Positions 45,006 to 54,500 of a stretch of 64,000 bases of DNA are shown here, one piece after another. The notes under the pieces were generated by a model, which made no database searches, was not told the DNA's origin, and worked only from the letters and a program-made list of their open reading frames with translations. Location of the stretch: positions 8,513 through 72,512 of the forward strand of contig JBOHUM010000029.1 in NCBI GenBank assembly GCA_050734515.1, given 5' to 3'. A program made the translations under genes and the position numbers. This DNA comes from Candidatus Dormibacteria bacterium. Its GTDB lineage: Bacteria; Chloroflexota; Dormibacteria; Aeolococcales; Bog-877. The number at the start of each line of letters is the position of its first letter. Positions within the stretch are counted from its first letter, which is position 1.

Positions 45006-45785
45006 ATGGCGGCGGGTCCGGCAAGTTCGCCGAAAGCCATCACTGGCGCGCTCACAGTGGTCATCTTCCCGATGCGGGCCGGATCGGCCTACGAAGCGCA
45101 CGCGCATCGGGACCACCAGCTGGCCTGGGCGTCGAGCGGCATCCTCAGCGTGGAGACCGACCGCTCCTGCTGGGTCCTGCCCTCGACCCGGGCGCTGTGG
45201 ATCCCCGCCGGGGTGGTCCACGAGACCAGGGCCTCGAGCAACGCCACCATGCGGAGCGTCTACGCAGTCCCGTCACGGTGCCCGAAGTCCTGGAACGAGC
45301 CGATGCCACTGGCGGCCTCCGCCCTCCTCGGTGAGCTCATCGGCCATCTAGAGAGGGCCGAACCGGATCCGCAACGACGGGCGCGCAGCGAGGCGTTCTT
45401 CTTCGACCTCCTAGAGCCGCTGGCTAGCGCCACGATCGAGGTCCGGCTGCCCCGCGACCACCGGGCCGCTCGGGTAGCCCAGGCGCTGCAGGCGGATCCC
45501 GGCGACCGGCGCGACCTCGCCGAGTGGGGCCGGGAGGTGGGCGGGAGTGCGCGAACTCTGGCCCGAGGGTTCGCCCAGTCCGGGACCTCCTTCCAGCAGT
45601 GGCGGACGCTCAACCGCCTGCGCGCCGCCCTGCCCGCGCTGGCCGCCGGCGAGCCGGTCAGCCGGGTCGCTGAAGTTGTGGGCTACGAGACCACCAGCTC
45701 GTTCGTCGCGGCCTTCCGGCGACAGACGGGCCTAACTCCCCGGTCCTACTTCAAGACCCACCAAGCTCGCCTGACCAGGAGCTGA
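45006..45785 (+). CDS. AraC-family transcriptional regulator (cupin N-terminal + HTH_18)
   Basis: N-terminal cupin-like sensing domain (HAHRDHQLAWASSGILSV). C-terminal double HTH (ARTLARGFAQSGTSFQQWRTLNRL…FVAAFRRQTGLTPRSYFK). Confidence 0.8.
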   Translation: MAAGPASSPKAITGALTVVIFPMRAGSAYEAHAHRDHQLAWASSGILSVETDRSCWVLPSTRALWIPAGVVHETRASSNATMRSVYAVPSRCPKSWNEPMPLAASALLGELIGHLERAEPDPQRRARSEAFFFDLLEPLASATIEVRLPRDHRAARVAQALQADPGDRRDLAEWGREVGGSARTLARGFAQSGTSFQQWRTLNRLRAALPALAAGEPVSRVAEVVGYETTSSFVAAFRRQTGLTPRSYFKTHQARLTRS

Positions 45786-45918
45786 GGGCTGGTGGCCGCG
45801 CTCGAACCGGCATCCAGCGGCAGCCTCCCCTCGGCGGCTGCCGTGAGCCGGCGGTAGGCGGTGATGTTGTGCCGGGCCTCCCAGGGTCACGACCCCCCGC
45901 CACTCTGCGGGGCCAGGA

Positions 45919-46398
45919 CTACTCCCCGGTGATTCCGTCAAGCAGCTCCCGCGTCGAGTCGGCGTGTCCGGCGTGGCGGGCTGTCTCGTTGATGAGGTGC
46001 AGCAGAATCCAACGCAGGTCACGCCCCCGGCCCCGCACCGAGGGCTCGCTGAGGGACGGCATCCCGCGCGCCAGGGCATCGGTCTGGGCCGCCCGCGCCC
46101 GATAGCGCTCCCGGGCGACCGCAATGGGCAGCTCCGCGCCCGGGTGGAACTCACTCTCGTCACGGCTCACCTGCTTGTCCAGCATCGCTCCCTCGGTCCA
46201 GCGCCACTCGACGTGGGTGAGGTGATTGATGATCCCGGCCAGCGAGATCAGGTGGCCTTCCGGGCGCCAGCGTGCCTGTTCGTCACTGAGGCCATCGGCC
46301 TTGCGCATCACCGCCCCGCGCAGGAAGCCCAACCAGCTCAGCAGAAGCTCCCGCTCGTCGGGGTTGCCGTCGGGGAAGCCAATGTCGGGCCGCGGCAC
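45919..46398 (-). CDS. DinB_2/DUF664 (mycothiol-dependent transferase-like) family protein
   Basis: A GTG at 46398 gives a 159-aa product with [15 protein letters not shown] at the N-terminus and a C-terminal metal-binding pattern ([18 protein letters not shown]). Confidence 0.6.
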   Translation of the reverse strand: MPRPDIGFPDGNPDERELLLSWLGFLRGAVMRKADGLSDEQARWRPEGHLISLAGIINHLTHVEWRWTEGAMLDKQVSRDESEFHPGAELPIAVARERYRARAAQTDALARGMPSLSEPSVRGRGRDLRWILLHLINETARHAGHADSTRELLDGITGE

Positions 46399-46540
46399 CG
46401 CCCCACCATACCGGCCGCCGCCTCCGGTGGAGTGTCCGAACCAGCCTGCTAGAGTTCGATTTCGCCCGGCAGCAGCCTGGGGGAGCCCCAGTCGGGCCGG
46501 CTGGCGAACCCGCTGGAGTGGCGCCATGGGAGGTGGGCGG

Positions 46541-47791
46541 ATGCGCTGGACGATGTCATCGGACCGGGTCCCGCAGGCCTGGTACAACGTGGTCCCCGAC
46601 CTGCCGGAGCCGCTCCGGCCTCCCCTACATCCCGGTACCCGGGAGCCGCTCACCCCCGACCTGCTCATCCCCCTGTTCCCCATGGCGCTGATCGGCCAGG
46701 AGGTGTCGACCGAGCACTACATCGACATCCCCGGTCCGGTGCTGGACATCCTCCGGCTCTGGCGGCCTACTCCCCTGGTGCGGGCGCAGCGACTGGAGCA
46801 GGCGCTGCAGACCCCGGCCCGGATCTACTACAAGGACGAGTCCGTCTCCCCTGCCGGCTCGCACAAGCCCAACACCGCCGTCCCCCAGGCCTTCTACAAC
46901 CAGGCGGAGGGGGTGAAGCGCCTCACCACCGAGACCGGTGCTGGGCAATGGGGCAGCGCCCTGGCCTATGCCTGCTCACTCTTGGGCCTGGAGTGCAAGG
47001 TCTACATGGTGCGCGCCTCCTACAACCAGAAGCCCTATCGCCGGGTGATGATGGAGGCCTGGGGCGGCGAGGTGGTGCCCTCCCCTGTCGATGAGCCCGA
47101 CCATCCCGGCTCCCTGGGCACCGCCATCAGCGATGCGGTCCGCGACGCCGCCGGGCGAGAGGACTCGCACTACTCGCTGGGGTCGGTGCTCAATCACGTC
47201 CTCCTCCACCAGACGGTGATCGGCCAGGAGGCCAAGGAGCAGCTGCAAATGGCCGGCGAGGAGCGCCCCGACATCGTCATCGGCTGCTGTGGCGGTGGCT
47301 CCAACCTGGGTGGGCTGGCGCTGCCCTTTGTCACCGACCCTGGAGTGGAGCTGCTGGCGGCGGAGCCGACCTCCTGCCCCACCCTGACCGAGGGTCGCTT
47401 CGAGTACGACTTCGGCGACACGGCGGGCATGACCCCGCTCCTGTCGATGTACACCCTGGGCCACGACTTCATCCCCCCGCCGATCCATGCCGGGGGACTG
47501 CGCTACCACGGCGACGCCCCCATCATCTCCGCCCTGGTCAAGGCCGGCCGGATGGCGGCCATCGCCTACCCCCAGGGGCCGGTCTTCGACGCGGCGCTGC
47601 AATTCGCGCGCACCGAGGGCCCGATCCCGGCTCCGGAGACCGCCCACGCCATCAGGGCCACCATCGACCAGGCCCTCAAGGCCCGCGAGGAGGGCAAGGA
47701 GAAGGTGATCCTCTTCGGCTATTCCGGGCATGGGCTGCTCGACCTGCAGGCTTACGACGACTTTCGCAACGGGCGCCTGGGCACCGACTGA
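46541..47791 (+). CDS. TrpB2-type tryptophan synthase beta-like PLP enzyme (stand-alone)
   Basis: ATG at 46541 preceded by [23 protein letters not shown]-terminus, PLP-Lys motif ([12 protein letters not shown]), GCCGGGSN glycine loop. No trpA adjacent. Confidence 0.85.
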   Translation: MRWTMSSDRVPQAWYNVVPDLPEPLRPPLHPGTREPLTPDLLIPLFPMALIGQEVSTEHYIDIPGPVLDILRLWRPTPLVRAQRLEQALQTPARIYYKDESVSPAGSHKPNTAVPQAFYNQAEGVKRLTTETGAGQWGSALAYACSLLGLECKVYMVRASYNQKPYRRVMMEAWGGEVVPSPVDEPDHPGSLGTAISDAVRDAAGREDSHYSLGSVLNHVLLHQTVIGQEAKEQLQMAGEERPDIVIGCCGGGSNLGGLALPFVTDPGVELLAAEPTSCPTLTEGRFEYDFGDTAGMTPLLSMYTLGHDFIPPPIHAGGLRYHGDAPIISALVKAGRMAAIAYPQGPVFDAALQFARTEGPIPAPETAHAIRATIDQALKAREEGKEKVILFGYSGHGLLDLQAYDDFRNGRLGTD

Positions 47792-47906
47792 GCCCGCGCC
47801 GCGAGTCCCCGAGGCGAGCCCCGCCCGGCCTGGGGCTCGCGATGCCGCCCGCAGCAGATCGCGGCGGTGGTGGGCGCCCTGGCTGGCTACTTCACCGCCA
47901 CATCGC

Positions 47907-48410
47907 TCAGGCTGACGCCGCCTCGGCAAAGGCCGAGCGGAGCTTGGCCGCGGTGGCCTGGAGGTGCTCCGGCAGCACCTTGACATCACCCAGCACCGGC
48001 ATGAAGTTGGTGTCGCCTACCCAGCGCGGCACCAGGTGGAAATGGAGGTGGTCCTCGATCCCCGCTCCGGCCGCCCGGCCCTGATTCCAGCCTCCGTTGA
48101 GGCCCTCGCAGCTGAGGGTCGCCTGCAGGACTCTGGTTGCCAGCCCGATCTCGGCGGACACGGCGGCCAGCTCCTCCCGGCTGAATCCGCCCAGATCGCC
48201 GAGATGCCGCGCCGGCGCCACCATGAGGTGGCCGGGGTTGTAGGGATAGAGGTTGAGCATGGTCACCGCCTCCGGGGTGGTACGGACCACCATCTCGGCC
48301 TCCCCCTCGGCGCCCGCCAGCGCCGCGCAGAAGATGCAGTCGCCCGGCGCTGCCGGGCGCTTGACCCGCTCGACGTATGCCATCCGCCAGGGGGCCCAGA
48401 GTGTCTCCAT
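47907..48410 (-). CDS. HIT (histidine triad) family protein
   Basis: Histidine triad HLHFHLVPRW. N-terminal CIFC zinc-like motif. Confidence 0.85.
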   Translation of the reverse strand: METLWAPWRMAYVERVKRPAAPGDCIFCAALAGAEGEAEMVVRTTPEAVTMLNLYPYNPGHLMVAPARHLGDLGGFSREELAAVSAEIGLATRVLQATLSCEGLNGGWNQGRAAGAGIEDHLHFHLVPRWVGDTNFMPVLGDVKVLPEHLQATAAKLRSAFAEAASA

Positions 48411-48544
48411 GCCGCCTCCCACGTGCGCTGCCGGTTTGACCTTGGCGATGGCTGCAAGTAGACTACGGGGTCTCGGGCGGTGGGCCCGCGCCGGTGAGCC
48501 TGCCTGCCTTTCGCCAGCCCGGCACTCTCGAGGTCTTCTTCTTC

Positions 48545-48640
48545 GTGGGATCGGTGATCAAGAAGCGGCGCAAGAAGATGCGCAAGCACAAGCACAAGAA
48601 GATGCTGAAGAAGACCAGATGGCAGCGCCGGGCGGCGTAG
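48545..48640 (+). CDS. bS22-like micro ribosomal protein (31 aa)
   Basis: A GTG at 48545 gives [31 protein letters not shown]. This closely matches the mycobacterial 33-aa bS22 ([29 protein letters not shown]…). It falls below the ORF-track length cut-off. Confidence 0.7.
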   Translation: [31 protein letters not shown]

Positions 48641-48647
48641 CGGCGGC

Positions 48648-49010
48648 CTAGCTCGCCCCACCGGGGCTGGCGGCGCGCACCCGCTGGGCCACCTCCTCTG
48701 GGCTGTCGCAGCCGATCACCAGCTGGCTGTAGTCCTGGCCCGCGAGCCGGATCACGATCCCGCGGCTGGCGTGGTGCTCGACCGCGAAGGTGCTGCCGTC
48801 GGCACTCACCCAGGTCCCGACCGCGGTCCGGCCGGGGATCCCGGTCCCGGGCAGCTTCATACCCTGGATCAGATCGAGGGGCCGGTCCACCACCTCGACC
48901 GCCTGCACCGCGCTGAGAGGGACCCTCAGGTCTCCGTGGACCGCCTCCAGCTTCTCGAGGCCGCTTAGCTTCACCACCAGGTCGTCGCCGTCGATCAGGA
49001 CATCTGCCAC
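48648..49010 (-). CDS. hypothetical protein
   Basis: 120 aa, well-behaved composition (MADVLIDGDDLVVKLSGLEKLEAVHGDLRVPLSAVQAVEVV…). Possible bacterial PH-like fold. The overlapping 197-aa track ORF (48463-49056) is Arg/Gly-rich artefact. Confidence 0.5.
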   Translation of the reverse strand: MADVLIDGDDLVVKLSGLEKLEAVHGDLRVPLSAVQAVEVVDRPLDLIQGMKLPGTGIPGRTAVGTWVSADGSTFAVEHHASRGIVIRLAGQDYSQLVIGCDSPEEVAQRVRAASPGGAS

Positions 49011-49113
49011 CCTGCTCGCCTCCTTGTGGTCGGGACCCCGCCAGGATAGGTAACACTCGATCGGGAGTGGGACAGGGACGCCACGCGGCCGGGGATATAC
49101 TGGCCCGACCCCG

Positions 49114-49186
49114 GGGGCGATAGCTCAGCTGGGAGAGCGCTGCCCTCGCACGGCAGAGGTCGGGGGTTCGAGTCCCCCTCGCTCCA
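49114..49186 (+). tRNA. tRNA-Ala (anticodon CGC)
   Basis: Manual fold. Acceptor GGGGCGA/TCGCTCC with G3:U70. D-arm GCTC-AGCTGGGA-GAGC. Anticodon stem CTGCC/GGCAG, loop CTCGCAC. Variable loop AGGTC. T-arm GGGGG-TTCGAGT-CCCCC. Discriminator A. Confidence 0.85.
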
Positions 49187-49429
49187 CTGAAGTTGGCTTA
49201 GCTCCCACAAGTCGAACCCCGACCGCCTGATGGCTCGCGGCTCGCCCGTACGCTTGAATCTGGCGGTCGGTCTGCTGTTGGTGGCGGCCGCAGTGAGCGG
49301 CAATCATCGCCCTACGGCAAGCGCCTCAGCCCGCTGCGACCCCCTTCAGCACGTCACCCCGAGAGCCGCGGCGGCCACCACGAATCTTCACGCCAGTTGG
49401 CTCTGACGGCCGCCCGAGCCTTCCGGAAT

Positions 49430-49856
49430 TCATGACCTGCCGACCGAGCGAGCGCTCCGCCCAGCGGCCGAGAACGCCGCCCCGTCGATCCCCCAGCTGA
49501 CGATCCGCTCCGGCATGACACGGATCCAGGCGGAGTCCCACCCGTCGGCGCCGAAGCGCTCACCACCCTCCCTCTGCAATTCAGCGCGGCCGCGGACCTC
49601 AACCCCGCGCGGCGTCCAAGGATTCACGCTCTCGAGATCGTCGACGACAACGGCGACCCGGGGATTGGCCCGCAGGTCGCGCCACTTCTTGGAGCTGCTC
49701 AACCCATGACCGCCCACCTCGATCGTCTCACCCTCGACATCGAGGCGAGAGCCGACGGGGACGACGTGGGGCGAGCCGTCGCCGCCCACCGTCGCAATCC
49801 GGCCTAGCCGCCTGCCCCCTCAGGTACTCGATCTCCTTATCGGTGAACGCGCTCAT
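49430..49856 (-). pseudogene. PPOX-family (F420/FMN split-barrel) gene disrupted by a 1-nt frameshift
   Basis: N-terminus MSAFTDKEIEYLRGQ is in one frame (ATG at 49856). The remainder GGRRLGRIATVGGDGSPHVVPVG…NPRVAVVVDDL…WIRVMPERIVSWG is in the -1 frame from about 49815. Together they reconstitute a complete Rv1155-like protein. Confidence 0.6.
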
Positions 49857-50079
49857 GGCGACCTCCTCGATGAGTCCTTCCGGCCCGGATGTGGGAGCGG
49901 TTGCCAGGACCTGAAGGACCGAGGCCAAGACGTTCATGGTGGCCATCGGGTGACGAGCGGCTCTCGCACCCCAGGATGATCGTGGTCAGTCCCGGCAAGT
50001 AGTCGCGCTCCACGATCACACCCAAAGGATGGGCCCCGCTCAGTCTCCTAGGTGTCTACAGAGCTTGCCTGTGAGCCGT

Positions 50080-50487
50080 TCACACACGAGCATCTCGCGG
50101 CAGACATGCGAGCTCGCGCGAGATCAAGTCGCGTACATCACAGCTGACGAGCGGCGCGTTCCACTCGCGCGCCGCGACCACGTAGGAGGCATCGTAGACA
50201 GAGATTCCCCACTTCGCGGCGAGGGCCGCGGCGCTCGCGATCAGCGACGCGCCCACCTGGGCCACGCCTCCGTCGCCGGCGATCGCCGCCAGCCGCTCGC
50301 GCAGACGTCGAGCGGCCGACAGGTCTCTCCAGGCATGCACGGCCACGTTCGTCACCTCGTAGAAGGCCAGGTCGAGGGTGGCCAACTGGTCGGCGCCCTG
50401 GAGCAGGCGGTGGGCGTCGGAGTAATTGTCGTCGTCCGCATCCTCACCGGCCAGCAGTACGCTGGCGTCAAGGAACCAGCGGGTCAA
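50080..50487 (-). CDS. PIN-domain toxin (VapC-like)
   Basis: MTRWFLDASVLLA… with conserved PIN acidic residues. 4-nt overlap with the upstream RHH gene. Confidence 0.72.
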   Translation of the reverse strand: MTRWFLDASVLLAGEDADDDNYSDAHRLLQGADQLATLDLAFYEVTNVAVHAWRDLSAARRLRERLAAIAGDGGVAQVGASLIASAAALAAKWGISVYDASYVVAAREWNAPLVSCDVRDLISRELACLPRDARV

Positions 50488-50720
50488 CCCTGCGGACGAC
50501 TGGCCTTTACCAGTTCCGCAACCCTCCCCCCGTGCCCGCGGGCGCGCCCACCCGGTCCCCCAATCTCGGCCATCCGCTTGGCTCGGGCGACGCTGCGCCG
50601 GTGAAGGGTTTCCTCGGCCAGCTCTCGGAGCAGCCCGCTCCGGGTGGTTCGGCGCCGTGACGCCTCGACGTCCAGGGCCAGCAGCAAGTCGTCGGGCATG
50701 GAGATCATGACCTTGGCCAT
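50484..50720 (-). CDS. ribbon-helix-helix (CopG-like) antitoxin
   Basis: 78 aa. MAKVMISMPDDLLLALDVEASRRRTTRSGLLRELAEE is an RHH beta-strand plus two helices. The palindrome CCATAG…CTATGG lies just upstream. Confidence 0.68.
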   Translation of the reverse strand: MAKVMISMPDDLLLALDVEASRRRTTRSGLLRELAEETLHRRSVARAKRMAEIGGPGGRARGHGGRVAELVKASRPQG

Positions 50721-51027
50721 AGAAGTCAGTATACCCGGTATGGCTATGCGGCCCCGACCCTGTGCTCAGCCGCCTGCACAGTGCCTTGGAGAGCGCCTGG
50801 CGATGACGACCAGGAGGTAGCCACCCACCTCGGTATCGGGCAGACGGCGGCTTGACGACGCCAGCACGATAACTCCAGCCCGGAGTCGTCAGCGCGACGA
50901 CGGAGCGATGGTTGCTCGCCGTCGATCACCCACCCTTTCGTCGCCAAGGCCCATCTCGAGAACGATGCCCCGCAGGGCCGCTCCGCCCCAGCGGCCGGAT
51001 CGGCCCGCACTGCGGTAGATTCCGCCT

Positions 51028-51456
51028 GTGCCCCTGTCGGACCGCCAGGCCGCCTTCCTCGCCGAGCAGCATTCGGCGGCGATGATCACCACGGGCGCCG
51101 ACGGTCGGCCCAAGGTGGCCCGGGTCGGGGTGGCCTTGGTCGAAGGCAGGCTCCAAAGCAGCGGAACCCAGGACCGGGTGCGCACCACCCGGCTGCGCCG
51201 GGACCCGACCTGCACCTTGTTCGTGTTCACCGCTGGGCCCAGCTGGCTGGCCCTGGAGACCACCGTCCAGATCCTCGAGGGCCCAGACTCCGCGGAACTC
51301 AACCTAAAGCTCTTCCGGGTGATGCAGGGACGAGCGCAGGGCCCACTCAGCTGGTTTGGAGGCGAGCTGGACGAGGCCGGGTTCCTCGCTGCCATGGCGG
51401 CGGAGCGACGCCTGATCTACGAGTTCCAGGTCTCGCGCGCTTACGGGCCGGCCTGA
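51028..51456 (+). CDS. PPOX-family protein, probable F420-dependent
   Basis: 142 aa. AAMITTGADGRPKVARVGVALVEG… is a split-barrel pattern. Confidence 0.6.
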   Translation: MPLSDRQAAFLAEQHSAAMITTGADGRPKVARVGVALVEGRLQSSGTQDRVRTTRLRRDPTCTLFVFTAGPSWLALETTVQILEGPDSAELNLKLFRVMQGRAQGPLSWFGGELDEAGFLAAMAAERRLIYEFQVSRAYGPA

Positions 51457-51485
51457 CCGGCTAGCCGACGTTCGTCGGAGCCGCC

Positions 51486-52061
51486 ATGACTCAGCTGCCG
51501 CTGCCGATCTCCACCGGACGCCTGACGATCCGGGCGCTGCAGGCATCGGACCTGGACCAGTTGCACGACATCCAACGCCGAGCGGAGGTGGCTCGCTACC
51601 TGTATTGGGAGCCTCGCAGCCGGGCCGAGGTGAGCAGTTGGCTGCGCCAGGCGGCACCGATCCCGGCCATGGAGGCCGAGAGCCAGGTCCTGGTGCTGGC
51701 GTCCGTGGAGCGGGACAGTCAGCGCCTGGCGGGCACCCTCAACCTGTGGCTGCGCTCGATCGAGCACCGCCAGGGAGAGATCGGCTTCGTGCTCCACCCC
51801 GACCTGCAGGGCCGGGGCCTGGCGGGAGAGGGCGCCGCCGAACTGTTGAGACTGGGCTTCGAGACTCTGCGCCTGCACCGCATCTGTGGACGCTGCGACG
51901 GCCGCAACCAGGCCTCGGCCCGGGTGATGGAGCGGCTGGGAATGCGCCGGGAGGCGGCGCTTCTCGAGAACGAGTGGTTCAAAGGCGAGTGGTCCGACGA
52001 GTTGATCTTTGCCATCCGCGAGGATGAGTGGCGTGCCTCCCGGGCCGACCCGCACGCCTGA
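51486..52061 (+). CDS. GNAT family N-acetyltransferase (RimL-like)
   Basis: Acetyl-CoA binding motif A (QGRGLAGEGAAELLRLGF), with GFVLHPDL upstream. Confidence 0.8.
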   Translation: MTQLPLPISTGRLTIRALQASDLDQLHDIQRRAEVARYLYWEPRSRAEVSSWLRQAAPIPAMEAESQVLVLASVERDSQRLAGTLNLWLRSIEHRQGEIGFVLHPDLQGRGLAGEGAAELLRLGFETLRLHRICGRCDGRNQASARVMERLGMRREAALLENEWFKGEWSDELIFAIREDEWRASRADPHA

Positions 52062-52815
52062 GCCGCGGCTGACGTCGGCCGACTGGATCCGCGCCATCGA
52101 GCGCGAGAGCCTGGCTCTGGCAGCAGCCGCCGCCAGCGCGGGCTGGGACCGCGAGGTCCCCACCTGTCCCGGGTGGCGGGTGCGGGACCTGGTCCGCCAC
52201 CTGGGAGGGGTCCATCGCTGGGCCACGGCTCATGCGGCCCAGCGGCGGCCCGGGCAGATGCCCAAGCCCGAGGCGGAACGACTGATGGCCAGCTGGCCCA
52301 ACGACCCGGAGCTGCTGGACTGGTTCCGCCAGGGCTGGGCCGGATTGGTCACGACCCTGGCGGAAGCCCCGGCGGATCTGAACTGCTGGTCCTTCCTGCC
52401 CGCACCGTCGCCGCTTGCCTTCTGGGCGCGGCGCCAGGCCCACGAAACCGGGATCCATCGCGCCGATGCCGAGGCGGCGCTGGGAGCGCCTGGCGCCTTC
52501 CCGGTGGCGCTGGCGGCCGACGGAGTCGAGGAGCTGATTTTCGGCTTCGCCCGACGAGCACGCCTGCAACTGGCCTCGGCGCGCACCCTGACCCTCCAGG
52601 CCACGGATTCGGACGAGAGCTGGGCATTGGAGCTAGGCCCCTCGAGGGTGACTGCCCGGCGGGGCTGGGCCGACAGCGGCTGCCGCGTCCGGGGGAGCGC
52701 TTGGCAGCTCTTCCTGCTCCTCTGGAACCGGATCCGCCCTGACGGGCTAGCGGTGGCTGGCGATCCCCAGGTGCTCAAGACCTGGCGGGAAGAGATCCAG
52801 GTCACCTGGGACTGA
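52024..52815 (+). CDS. TIGR03083-type (mycothiol-dependent maleylpyruvate isomerase N-terminal domain-like) protein
   Basis: DWIRAIERESLALAAAA…CPGWRVRDLVRHLGGVHRWA is the hallmark of the actinobacterial MDMPI_N/TIGR03083 family. The start is uncertain (ATG at 52024 or CTG at 52069). It overlaps the GNAT gene end. Confidence 0.6.
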   Translation: MSGVPPGPTRTPEPRLTSADWIRAIERESLALAAAAASAGWDREVPTCPGWRVRDLVRHLGGVHRWATAHAAQRRPGQMPKPEAERLMASWPNDPELLDWFRQGWAGLVTTLAEAPADLNCWSFLPAPSPLAFWARRQAHETGIHRADAEAALGAPGAFPVALAADGVEELIFGFARRARLQLASARTLTLQATDSDESWALELGPSRVTARRGWADSGCRVRGSAWQLFLLLWNRIRPDGLAVAGDPQVLKTWREEIQVTWD

Positions 52816-52931
52816 GGCTGCCCTGGTGCCGCTCGGCGTGTCGACGCGCAGCCGCAGCAGCGGATGTCGCCGTAGAGATCGGTGCTGGCGGCGGACCTTG
52901 ACCGAGACCGCCCAGGCCTGGACGGCGCCGG

Positions 52932-54323
52932 CTAGTTGAGCGACTCCTCGTCGTCGTCGTCTAGGTTGGCGAAGTAGGCGGACACCGCGTGGTCCAGCAG
53001 CTCCGGGGTCAGCCGGGGCTCAACGCCGAAGTAGCTGGCGGCGTGGACCAGGTGGTCGAGGATGTCGCGGGGTTCGCAGCCGTGCAGAGGCCGGCGCGAC
53101 TTGTGGTAGTGCTCCTCGATCAGGTAGTTGACCGCCGCCGGGTCGTACTCCAATCCGACCGACTCGCACACCCGCCGGAAGATCCGGCCGTACTCGATCA
53201 CGGTGGGATTGGGCACCTCGACCTTGTAGCGGATCCGGCGCAGGAAGGCCTCGTCGATCAGATCCCGGGGCTTGAGGTTGGTGGAGAGGATCAGGATCTC
53301 GGTGAAGGGAACCATCACCGTGGTCCCGGCCCGGCTGATGTTGAGGTAGTCGAAGCCCGCCTCCAGGGGCACGATCAGGCGGTTGAGCATGTCCTGGGGG
53401 CTGAGCTGTTGCCGGCCGAAGTCGTCGACCAGGAAGAGCCCGCCGTTGGCCTTCAGCTGCAGGGAGGCCTCGAAGAAGCCCATTCGGGGATCGAAACTGA
53501 GCTCGAGCTCGCGGCCGGTGAGCTCGCCTCCGGCCCGGACAACCGGCCGGTTGCATAGGGCCCAGCGGTGGTCGTGGGGTGGCAGGTCCACCGCCACCGG
53601 GCGGTGGTGCATGGGATCGAAGACCCGGATCACCTCGCCCTTGATGTAGAGGGCGTGGGGGACGAAGATGGCGTCCCCGAGCAGGGTGGCACAGGCCTCG
53701 GCGATGGAGCTCTTGCCGTTGCCCGGCGGCCCGTAGAGGAAGATCGACTGCCGCGAGCTCAGCGCCGGACCGAGGCGGTTGAGCACGCTGGGGGGCAGGA
53801 CCAGGTGGTCGAGGGCGGCCCGAAGCAGCTGGTGGGTGACGGTGGTAGGAGTCCGGCCCTGGTGGCGGGCCACGGCCACGTAGACATCCAGGGGCACCGG
53901 CGCGGGCCCGGAGTACTGGCTGACCTCGATCAGCTCCTTGGCCTTCTCCCGCCCCGAGCGGGTGATCGCGTACTGGAGGCCCTCAGCGAAGTCGGCCCCC
54001 CCGATCGCGCCCCTGATCCCGGTCGTGGAAACGTAGCCCTCGTCGGCCAGGAACTTGAGCGACTCGCTGACCATGCTCCAGGGCAGGCAGACGTGGCGGG
54101 CGGCGTCCCGCCCCAGCATCACCCCGTTGAAGTACATCACCTTGAGCAGCAGGTCGGAGATGAAGGACGCCGGCAGGCCCGCCTCCTTGGGGCTGCGCGG
54201 GATCGGTGGGAAGCCGATCGGGGTGCGGTGGGCAGCGGCGAGCGGGGCTGCGGACGGGGCTGCGGACATCGGTAATGAGCTCAATTGTCTGGTGCGGGAT
54301 CCTGACCCGGACTGGATTCTCAA
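52932..54323 (-). CDS. AAA+ ATPase of unknown function with N-terminal winged-helix-like domain
   Basis: 463 aa. Walker A FLYGPPGNGKSSIAEA, Walker B LFLVDDFGRQQ, sensor-2/Arg (LRRIRYKVEVP). The ~150-aa N-terminal domain (ISDLLLKVMYFNGVMLGRDAARHVCLPWSMVSESLKFLADEGYV) resembles a wHTH. Confidence 0.65.
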   Translation of the reverse strand: MRIQSGSGSRTRQLSSLPMSAAPSAAPLAAAHRTPIGFPPIPRSPKEAGLPASFISDLLLKVMYFNGVMLGRDAARHVCLPWSMVSESLKFLADEGYVSTTGIRGAIGGADFAEGLQYAITRSGREKAKELIEVSQYSGPAPVPLDVYVAVARHQGRTPTTVTHQLLRAALDHLVLPPSVLNRLGPALSSRQSIFLYGPPGNGKSSIAEACATLLGDAIFVPHALYIKGEVIRVFDPMHHRPVAVDLPPHDHRWALCNRPVVRAGGELTGRELELSFDPRMGFFEASLQLKANGGLFLVDDFGRQQLSPQDMLNRLIVPLEAGFDYLNISRAGTTVMVPFTEILILSTNLKPRDLIDEAFLRRIRYKVEVPNPTVIEYGRIFRRVCESVGLEYDPAAVNYLIEEHYHKSRRPLHGCEPRDILDHLVHAASYFGVEPRLTPELLDHAVSAYFANLDDDDEESLN

Positions 54324-54500
54324 TCGAGTCTGCCATCGGGCGGCCGTAACTCATCCCCCCGGGGGGGCGTATTTGCAAGGTCGTGAGACCCTCGCCACGA
54401 AGCCGTCACCGACAGCCTCGGCAACTTGGAGCGGGATCTCATTTCGGAGGCCTGCCATAATCGGCGCCGGGGTCGGTCGGTCACCTGTCACCAGGATCTG

